Assembly: GCA_951406725.2 (NCBI GenBank)
Contig: OX597814.1
Span: 134,540,001 to 134,604,000 of the forward strand
Reading direction: 5' to 3'
From: Octopus vulgaris
Taxonomy: Eukaryota
Length of the DNA stretch: 64,000 nucleotides
The translations under genes and the position numbers were made by a program. Below are positions 42,668 to 53,639 of this stretch, piece after piece. Under the pieces are notes generated by a model that was not told the origin of the DNA, did no database searches, and worked only from the letters and a program-made list of their open reading frames with translations. Numbering within the stretch: the stretch's first letter is position 1; the number at the start of each line of letters is the position of its first letter.

Positions 42668-43500
42668 ATGACTCTGAAATGAAAACCTAAAAAAAAAAAA
42701 AAATTACTGGAATGGAAGTAAAAACTGGGGGAAACGAATATGAAAAAATGAGCGCAAAGCAACGGGAGGGTGGGACTTCAGAAAATTAACAAGATCCGAG
42801 CTTTTCCCTCATAACTTTTAGGAAAATGGGCTTTTTTAATGAAATTTGTTAGGGAAAACTTTTCAGAGAGGGTGGGGAGAGGACTTCGGAAAATTAACAA
42901 GATTCGAGTTTTTCCCTCACAACTGTATGTTTGTATATATGTTTATATGTATGTATCTATAGATAGACAGTAATAACGAGTGAATGAGAACGACGAAGGG
43001 TTAAAAAAGCGTATAATTGAAAATGAAACAAAATCGAAGGCAAAACACTAAAAATTATTGAAATGGGGTAGAAATAGTACTACGCTAGGGTATCCGTAGA
43101 AAGTTGAATGTGATTTCGGAATATAACAAGGTAAAACCAAGATTATTTTATAATAGTAATGGTATTTATGTAAAATTTTAATTGTAAAAACACCAATTTC
43201 CTAAAAGTTACAAGGGATAAATTCGGATTTTGTGAATTTTCCGAAGTCCTCTTCCTACTCTCTTGGAAAAGATTTTCCACACAAATTCCTTTATAATCGT
43301 CATGTATTCAGTTTGAAAGGTATTTCTATAAAATTTCATTGAAAATCCCCATGTTCCTAAGAGTTACGTGGTAAAAACTCGGATCTTGTAAATTTTCCGA
43401 AGTCCTCTTCCCACCATCACATTTTTTCATATTCGTTTCCTAATCATTGTTTTACACCCATTCCAGTATTTTTTGGGGGGATTTTCATTTCCAGGTCAAG
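42668..43500. mobile_element. Foldback-like element with ~260-300-bp imperfect inverted arms
   Basis: gaaacgaatatgaaaaaatg...gacttcagaaaattaacaagatccgag (42731-42800) vs ctcggatcttgtaaattttccgaagtc...cattttttcatattcgtttc (43378-43439); arms have internal sub-repeats; another partial arm at 43700-43815. Confidence 0.75.
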
Positions 43501-43959
43501 ATGTAAATGGTTAACCTGTCATACAGCTTAAACTAAAAAAAAGAAATGTAAGTTGGGGGTTATCTTTAAAATTAAATTTTGACATACAGTGTAAGGTAGT
43601 TCTGTCAAAAAACTAACACCGTTTTTATTTGGTCAATATAAAGATTTTCATTCGTGAACAGAAAAAAATAAAACCAGCCTGCTAGGTGTTAACATGTAGA
43701 AAACGAATATGAAAAAAATTTGCGCTAACGACCCTTGGGGTTTGGGTGGGGAGGACTTTCGGAAAATTCACAAGATGATTTTTCCGTCATAACTTTCGGT
43801 TAAAGGGATGTTTTCTACATACTTGTTAACACCCAGTTGGCTGGTTTATTTATTTTTTTTTTGTTCACGGGTGTAGATGTTTATATTGACCCATTTGGTG
43901 TGCTGGTGGAATCGCAGCTTTTGCAGAAAATATGGCAATTTGCCTTTAAAACAAGCTTT

Positions 43960-44220
43960 TAACAATTGAGACCCGAGAGAATGACGAGGTTGATAGGCTC
44001 CGGCTGGGGGAATTGAAATGCCAAAAAGGCATTCTTTCGATATAGATATTTTGTCATTCCTTCCCAGCTGTTTTAATTTTACCAAACACACCATCAAAAC
44101 AGCTAGGAAGGAATGACAGATAAAGTATCTATATCGAAAGAATAGGACCTTCTGGTTTTCCCCACTTCAGGTTCTATCTATCTATCTGCTCAGTCGAAGT
44201 CGACTCTCGGTTACTTGTTG
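43960..44220. repeat. Long palindrome (probable MITE)
   Basis: Arms 44031-44074 and 44096-44143 are nearly perfectly complementary, with weaker pairing further out. Confidence 0.8.
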
Positions 44221-46944
44221 GATCAGTGTCCTCCAGTCAGTCCCATCCTGGGCCGCTTCTGGGTATTCACACACATTTCAGGAGATAAGTGTACAATAGT
44301 TAAATGTTGATACTCGCGGTGATATACAGTAATGACTGTGAAAGCTATTAGCATGTTTCTGAGACTATTTTTCAGGCATGTATTTTCTTTGAATCTATTT
44401 TAAAGTTTAGCGTGATAACTAATTTTAGTTCCTATGGCAGATTGCCGAGGTTTGTCTCGTTTCTGGCTTACATGAAATTTCAGTACTTGTTGCTTGACTG
44501 AAGTGGGAGTAAATCTTTGTAAACATCTTTTTGAATATCACGAAAGCACTAATACGAGGCTCTCAAAAAGAACTTTCTGAATTTTTAAATTTGAAGCGCA
44601 AACTCTACTGATGACTACCTATCACCTAGATTCGCCTGTAAAATATAACGCGTGAAAACCAAATTGTGATATGATCTTGGAATGGTTTCACTTAAACTTT
44701 TTTCCATTCAGTCACGTTAATGAATATTTGGCAATTTTTAATAACATATTCACGTATAACAAGCCTAGTATACAATTTACACCCAATTGATTAAGCTAAA
44801 TTTTTAATTCTTCAACTTGAATCGTACTTGCGCTTTTTATGGCATGTTGATGACACGATTAAGGGTGAAGCCATAACATTACTTCATTCCGACTTCCTCA
44901 GTTTTCTCTTGGCAAGGATATTGGGGTGGTTTGCCATTGCTTTCCCCTTTTTAATTACTGATAAAAATTTTCGGGAAATTTGTGACGACTGTTAAGCACT
45001 GATTACGGGTTAACCAATACATCCGAAAGAAAAACTGTCCTATTTACGTTCCCATTTAATATTGCTCAGAACTTATTTTTGGTAATTCTAAAAATTTTGC
45101 TTAAGTGATTGTTTTCCACAGATTGAACTTTTCCTCATTCTAAGTAATGAGACTTCTCGTAAATAAAGTAAGTTGGGATAATACACATAGAAATTTTAAG
45201 GATTTTTTTTTTTCTAAAACTTTAAAAAAATACTTAAAACAACTTTTTTTTGTAACTAACACTCTCATCTACATGAAAGCAAGCAACAATGAGTGTAGTT
45301 GTGTATTCAAATCTTGATTCTTCTGTTTCCAATTGTCTTACGTGAGTTTTAATCTTGGAAATTTTTGTTTGAACTGTCATGTTCAAATGTCGGGCAGCAC
45401 TATTCTCTCCCAGGACCCTATGAAAGTGTATTCTCCAAGGCGAAAAGTGGGTGTTATTACAAATGATATCTAATTGTTCAACTCCAACGCAAGAAGGCTC
45501 ATCCTCATCGCAAATAATGGATGTAAATCTGTATTGTAATATCGATGTCACCTCCCAAAATGAAGGGGAGGTAAATGTGATAAACTTCGGTGATTTCTGC
45601 CACTTCAATTTTTCTATCAAACTATGATGGGTATGTCAGTGTGAACCAATGTCGGGGCATCTGATTTGACATTCGTTCGGCAATCAATGAGGTATATCAA
45701 AACATTGCTACCATGCTGTTAGTATAGCTTACAGGTGTGTTAAATCTAATGTTAAGGTAAAGTAAAATGTGAAACGGGCAGTAATAACAAAGTCGGAAGA
45801 AAAATGGAAGTCAATATTTAAATTTATATGTATAGGATAAAATTAGATGTTAAATTTCGATTACTGATTTTAAAATTCTTGTATCTTCGTACTGACAGGG
45901 TGAGAAATTGCTAGTTCTGTATTGCATTTTTTTTAGCTAACCATATCTGATCGAACGGGCACCTGACATCATTGTCTTAAAAATGGGCAGTTCCCTTTTG
46001 TCGTTATTTCTGATTTTGTTTTTGTTTCACTTCAGCATTTTTCTTCTCTTTTCTAAGATAAGATTTAATCCAAAGGAACATTTGTGGTATTATCTTGAAG
46101 TGTAGCAATAAAAAAAGTGATGAACAGCAAATAAAAGAAGGCAATTTTACTTAGTAATTTACAACCTTACATCACTTTCAAATTTTTGTTTGTGATGAGG
46201 ATATGAAAGCCTAATTATATTGATTTATTTGAATAATTATCTGACATTCATTTGTAATGACACACTGATGTCTTGATGAGGTAAACACTTTCAGTGGGTT
46301 TTGAGAACCTAATCCTGATTTAAAATCTATTTTGTATTTTCATTTTTTTTGCAAATGAAGCTTTCTACCACAATGAACATAAATCACACTTGAAACCTTG
46401 AGATACAAGGTTTTAAAATTAAGACTTAATGACTTGTGCATACACAGTGATGTTACATAATTCTGTTCTGGATTTGCAACTGTTTGGGAAGGGTGTTCAT
46501 GCATGGGTTGGATAACTTTTTCCTAACTCAATACCTCTTCAGGTAGAAGGCTTACTGAATATTGACTCGACTATGAAAAATATGCTGTTCTCTGGACCAG
46601 TAACGGTAAGTATTAGTGTTTGACCTGTGGCACCTAAAAGATTACATATTAGAATTGAGTGTAGCAAAGTAGTTTCACATCCTTGTGATGTCTTGGATGA
46701 GCATGATTGACTTGTGATGAATGGTTGTATTGAGTTGGATGTGATTGATTATATGAGGATTTAGCTAGTAGGTCAGATCTTTATATTGTGGCTATTATAC
46801 TTAATCATTGGGCTGCCTTAATATTAGGACACTGCCTTCATTGTTTTATTCATTATACAGACACCATTGCTTTGATAATTCAATGCAAGGAAATATGCAT
46901 CCACTTGGGTGTAATAAGATATTACTAGAGAAATTTTTACAGCA

Positions 46945-47062
46945 CACTAATACACACAAACTGATTGCTCCAAGTGTCATGTAAGAATTGGGTAGGAGTG
47001 AAATTGAACCTGGAACTATGTAATTTTGAAGAGGACTCACACCACAGTTACACCTGCACCCA
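46945..47062 (-). mobile_element. Decayed tRNA-derived SINE
   Basis: Reverse complement gggtgcaggtgtaactgtggt...ccaggttcaatttcac...gacacttggagcaa resembles the SINE head at 4047. Confidence 0.55.
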
Positions 47063-48899
47063 CGTTTTATTTGTAATTATCACTCAAATGATATGACACT
47101 AATACCAATGGGGTGGGGTAACTATCTGCTCAAGTTTTTCTTTCAGCTTTTTCTTTTTTTTTTTTATAATTTCAAAAATGTCATCTTTATTGAAGGACCA
47201 AACCCTAAAGAGCAAATTATGCTCTTCAGTGATCTTCACATTTCATCAAGTGACACATCAAAAGCTTACATAAGGTAAAAACTGGAATTGAACTTCTTTT
47301 TTGCTGAAACACGTGAAATTAGACTTGTTGGTAAATCTCACATTTACACATTTTAGAAACTCCAGGAATTGCAATTTAGAGATGAGCAGGATATTTATTA
47401 TAGGGCAAGTTTGCTTTAGGTTTGAAGATGCTACCATTAGTAACCTAAGTTTTTATATTTGTTTACCTTATATTGTATTTTCACATCACTTGAGCCTATA
47501 TATTTCTCCAATTTATGTCAGGTGCATTGATCCAGAAATCTGTAGCTAAGCACTGAAAAGCCAAAACATTTAAAATATTGGAATTATTTTTAGGATTTAG
47601 TGTAATTACATTGTTTATACTATTACTTAATACACTGCAAAGGATATATTACGAAACTAATTTGACAAACTGAAGCTCTTAGATAATCGCAATTTTGAAT
47701 TGGCACATTAATAATTTGGAATATACCAATTTCTCATATGAAATTTTTTAAAACACTAAGTGTTAAGATTCTTAGCTCATCTAATGCAATTCACATGTGA
47801 AAAAAGAAAATGGTTTGCTATAAACCTTACTCTACATTTAAACATTGCAAGCAATTTAGTTGGAGCAGAGTTGAAGTTTCTGACATTAGTCTTTACTCAG
47901 ATTGATACGACATTAAAATTGTTCCTAAATATTTATTGGTTTAATAGTCATCCATACTATGATAATCTGAACAGGTTTTCAAGTATACCTCTAAATACAT
48001 TTGATGCAAAATCTGTAGCTATGCACTTTACATATTCAAGTCCACACTTTGGTAGCTGGATTTTCAGAGGAATCTTCCCGACCATTCCTGTATTATGTCA
48101 ATAGTCTTGAGTCCCTTTATTTCATGAATTAAAAACAGATTTAGTTATTTTAGGTAACTAATACAAAAACAATTAGGCTGAAGCTGAAATTAGATTAAAC
48201 CTGTTGAATTTTTTATGTACATCTTTGAATTTGATATAAGTAAAGAAAATTGACTTTTTAAGTGAGGATGTCTCTCAGCTGGAACTCTAAATTTTATAGT
48301 TTAAATATTTACAATGATACTGCATTTTCTTTCCCTTAAAAAAAAAAATACAGTTCAGTATATTCTAGATGTTATTGCATAATATGATTTCATTGCATTT
48401 GAGGTTTGGATTCTTTGGCTAAGAGAAATGGTTTCCCTGGATCAACCCCAAAATTTGACAAAGGTAGGACTCTTGCCTTTTTAATTGGCATTGTCTTGCA
48501 TAATTATATTCTTATTGTTCCTTAAATTCACTACAAAAGAAAATGATCTTTTGAATTGATAATGGTTTGATGTTCATCTTAAATTGGATGCTATTTGATA
48601 GATGGAAGTAACATTTGTAATGATTGACATGTAAGTGCTGAACAAAAAAAAATTCTTGTGTGTTATATGCACACCCAGTAAGTTTTAAACAGGAAAGATA
48701 AATAGCTATAAAATGTAAATGGTTTTGCATTTCAATATAATTTTATTACAGTTGAGTCTTTATGTTGAACATTCTATATCTAAATTATATATAGCATGGT
48801 GTTTTCTACTCTTGGCTACCTTTTTTTCCTCCTCCTTTTTGATCATGTTTCTACATTCTTGATTTTCTGCAACTACTACAATGCGATATGTAGAATATA

Positions 48900-49397
48900 T
48901 TGGGTTGTCCAGAAAGTTCGTGCCGATTTATAGTAGCTTACATTTTGACTTATTTTAGAACATGGTTGAGTCCATAAAATAGGATTTGACTACACCTCCA
49001 TTTAGAGCACAGTTTAAGCTATCTTTTTGTGGTTATGTTCCTATAACCCTTTAAAATGGATAAGAAAGTTCATTTTTGACACTTGATGCTTCGGGAACCA
49101 GACAAAAATTGCTGCAGCACATCTGGGATGTGTTACCCCACCCTCCATATTCACCAGATATTGCTCCTTCGGATTTCCACTTATTCAGGTCTCTGCAGAG
49201 TAGATAAAATGGTAAAAATTTCAATTTCTTGGATGACGTAAAAAGATACCTTGATGAATTCTTTGCCATGAAACCACCTCAGTTCTGGAAAGAGGGTATT
49301 TTCAAGTTAATGGAAAGCTGGAGACGTATTGTGCAACAAAATGGTTCATATTTGGTTGATTAAAAATGTAATGGCACGAACTTTCCGGACAACCCAA
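48900..49397 (+). mobile_element. Internally deleted mariner element
   Basis: TA|ttgggttgtccagaaagttcgtgcc...ggcacgaactttccggacaacccaa|TA (25-bp TIR, one mismatch); encodes WDVLPHPPYSPDIAPSDFHLFRSLQ...QNGSYLVD* with an internal stop. Confidence 0.95.
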
Positions 49398-52300
49398 TAT
49401 AGTATCTGTGATACAGTGATTATGTGCAAAGAAGTTCACTACACAGTGAATATACATGGTAAATAGAGCTTACAGAAACTGAATTTTTAATTCGACCAGA
49501 ATGCAATATATCTTTTCAAGTCCTGAAACTTAGATATAGCATAATGGTATCTGTGATACAGAACATATTCTAATGATTACTACAGCTGTTAATATATGCA
49601 ATAGAAATTTGATCTATTATTTCACAGTAAATTAAACCTAAGGAACTAGCAAGTTAAAATAATGCTCTGGTAATGGTACAGCAAAGAAAGTCTGTAGGGG
49701 ATACTGGATACTAGTTTCAGAAGTTGACCAGAATGCAATCAATATGCATAGTTTGCATGTCATACAAACAAGGTACAAATATATCAAGGCTTTCTTTTTA
49801 TTCCCATTTTGAGTCGGTTAAAATCTGTGGAATATTTTGATAATGTATTTTTAGATACTGAATGGTGTGATGAAATAATTTGGTTTCTTCATACTAACTT
49901 GGAGAAAACTGGATAAAATTTTATTTCAGGTGAGCAAATAAACTTCATGGTAAATTGGTGAAAATCAAGTCAAGATGTTAGAAGATACATTGGAGCAAAT
50001 CATTTCAGAATTTGAATTGGAAACAAAATATTATTTTAGTCGAGCATTGAGAAATTTGGATGAATTTTGCTCAGGTACATTGTCTAATCTCAATTACTCA
50101 TACTGCTCTGCTGCACACCCCACATCAGTGTGATTAATAAGGATCTAGCAGGCTTCAACCACCATCTCAGTTGTGTTTCTACTTGACGAGTTAACTGATC
50201 CCATTGTTTTTAACTGACATCACACTGAACACGTTATAGCTTCCCCCACTCAATGCTTTTCATAAAAACATCAACAAAAAGTGTTCAGAACAAACATCAA
50301 TTGCAGTCTGGATTAGATGAGAAGGTAATGATGAACAGTGTTCTTCCTAAAATATTAAAAAAAAAAAAAAAAAAAATATCCTGATAGTAGTTTGTATCAG
50401 ATGAAGAGCTGCCCCATAATTCTTATAGTTTCAAACTAACTTATCCAATTTCTGCAATACATTTTGTAAAAGCCATGTCCATTTTAAAATATTTAAGATC
50501 TTTAATGGTTACTTGAGAATGTTCGAATGCTTGCTTAATGAGTTTTCAAAATCTGCAAGTTATAGATTTTCAAAATGGAATGGTTACTAAATTTAAAAAA
50601 AAAAAAGTATTGAATTTTCACCAGTTTAAGTAATGTATGCTGTTTACTAAAACATTTTGTGTGAAGTTCTTTACTGATGCATCATGCCAGTAATCATTTA
50701 AAAAAACAAACAAAAGATGTTCTAAAATAGAGGAGCAGCACGAGAGAAAAATCTGAAGTAAACTAGTGAAGAGGTCGCACACAAAGAAGCCAGAAATATT
50801 ACTTTCCTTGATATTGCATCGTATTAATTCATCAGTCTGAGTATATTCAGGACATTCAATATGTTCTGATATTTCTGTTACTATAAAAATATGTTAAACA
50901 ATTTCATGAGAAGTTGAAATACCAGTTAACAAGACAGTTAAAAGACAGGAAAAAATTCTACACTGTGTGAAAACTTATTACCATTTAGTATATTTGGGAT
51001 TAAATTCAAAGTTTGCTTTTATTTGTACTTTGGCAGTGGAGATGGACATTGAATTGAAGTAAAGAGCCTGTCTACCTATCAGATAAGATGTTAATTCATT
51101 TGTTGTTAATCTCTCTGCATTGAGTAAGTCATTCTTTATACAAATATGGTGTTATCAGCACAAAGACAATTTTATGCCAACTAATGGCGAATGCATTTGT
51201 TTCTCCAGACCTTTGGGTAGGTATAATGGAAAATGTTTTGGGACAATGAATGAAGTTGAAATTGACAAGCAGGGAAATTCAGCTTTTATAGAACACTTTT
51301 GCTTTCTCTTTTCATAATATGGAGATGTATATGTGAATGAAAATTGTTCTCATAAAATAATTTGGTGATATTTGTTATTGCTGAATGGTTACAAAGTTTA
51401 TTTTGCATCCATTCTGCATTCTATGCCAGTGTGTGCTTGTTTAAAATTTTGCAAGCGAAATGGCTGCTTGGTGCTATGAAAGAAAGAACACATTATACTT
51501 GATAAAGTATGTTAGAGCAAACATTTCAGCATGTTATAGTCCTTTGATCTGTCAGCTCCTATCAAACGATACAACTCGTGGCCAGGTTGGATGTTTCTAA
51601 GTAACTGTGATTTCTGTGTACATGATGGGCATGTTTGTATTAGTTTATCATTCATTGGCAGATACAATGAGAAGGCCAGTTTCACGTCTCAGGTAAGCAG
51701 GCTTCATCTTCCAGATGAAACATTTTACTTAAGAATGGTTTGCAACAGTAATAGAATTCACCTTAGTTTTGTGTAAGAACCAAATGTTCAGTTTTGTAAA
51801 ACTAGCATTGTGGGTCTATAGTGGCTGCAGGGACAGTTACCTATAGACCAGTAGTAAAGAAGCATTTAGGGATTTAGTTGCTATTTTTAGTGTATTTCTC
51901 AAAGATATTCACAGGTTGGGGTATGGTCTAAATAATGCTTTCCTCACATAGTTTTGCAGTACAGTTAACATCAGTGTGAAGAGGATAGTATAATACCTGA
52001 AATACGACTAGGTAGATGGCAAATATGGACTGTTGAATAATGAAAATAAATACAGTAGGACTTCACAATATAGCATGTAGATTTTTATAAATATGTTTGT
52101 TTCATAATACGTAGTGATAACAGCATTTTCAGACAGAAACTAGATGGAGGCAATAAAGCATTCAAGGAAAATTAATATTGTAGCAGTATAGGAATAGATA
52201 TGAAATGTTTTTATCATGCTGAAACTTTACAAAGTTCTATATGTATTAATATAGAATAGTAGTGAAGTTGAATTGATATTACAAATCAGTTGTTGGTAAT

Positions 52301-53639
52301 TTGTAGAGCTGAAAGTTGCCTGTTTATTCTGTTTTTGTTTTTCTTTTGAGTGCTTTACTTGCAGTGAAAAAAGCTAAAGCGAATATAGTACATTAGGTAA
52401 CAGGCACACAATGTTTAGGTAAACAAGACAAGTTTGGATTCGGAGAGACTGAAGCAATGGAATTTTCACCGGTAGGAACGTATGTTTGCGTATTCATTCA
52501 ATTTCAAAGCCACATTAATATGTATCAATAGAAGTAAATGTTACATAAAAGCAAAAGGCTTCCTTTTTATTAAGCAAAAATGGTATTGTTTAGCAGTTTT
52601 ACTGTTAGCATGTTTCTCAGTTTCCATCTTAGGCAGATAAAACAATGACCTAAAGATCCTACATAGTTACATTCAGATAAGAGAACTTTTTGTCATTTGT
52701 GTTTCGAAAAATGCTGTTTGTTTCTTACAAGATATTTAGGTGATGAAATTGGAAAGCGTCTTGATGTGTATGTAAGATTGAAGATAACAGCAATGAAATT
52801 CAACTGGTAGGTCATTGTTCATGCATATTTCACTAAAAATATTTCATCCGGTCTGTGTGTGGTGAAACTGTGAGTGTAAGAATTAAGTTGTTTCACTGTA
52901 AAAGAAATGACGTTGTTCTGTGCATGCACGTGTTTGTATATTTGTCATTGGCAGATGTGATGACATGAAGAGGTTATCACAAGATAACATCACCAAGATA
53001 AGACGTGTTACATCATGCGATTTACAAGGTAGGGAATTGTTTCAGCACATGATGGTAAAGAAAATAGCATTTTAACACTTCTGTGTAGGAGTAAAGTATG
53101 GATGTAAGAATTGTTTCTTGTTTATATGTTTCTGTCGTTGGCAGATGGGATGACAACAAGAGGACTGGATAGACAACAGCACAAAGATAAGCATTATTCA
53201 ATTCTGTTTAGTGTGATTGAATTGGTTTAGTGGTTTTTATGTAGATATTTGGAGGAGGATTGTGCTAAATGTAAAGTTTAAACTTGATTATTTGGTAAGC
53301 ATGGAAAATGCTGGAGATAAGTAATTGCATAGAGAGTTGATGATATTTTGTGTTGGTTGCAAACATTTCTCTTCATAGGTTTTGGAATTGTTGAAAAATG
53401 CTTTGTAAATGCTTTCAATTAAGAGTGATTGGAGAAATTTAGGGCCAAACCATTTGTTTTTTTTATGCATGTTATTCTTCGACAGGTACAAAAGCCCTCA
53501 ATGAAAAGTGTGACTTCCAATTTGAGAAAAGTTTGTTTGTAGTTTCTATCACTTTGTGTTTCATCTGTGTATTGTAAGTATGAAAAACGCTGCATGTTGT
53601 AAGAGGGTCAAGAATTTCAGTGATCTCTGAATTAGTGGT

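Noticed and set aside
51812-51849. Hairpin ggtctatag...ctatagacc as a pre-miRNA
   Set aside because: Only ~38 nt, too short for a canonical precursor, with no supporting context.
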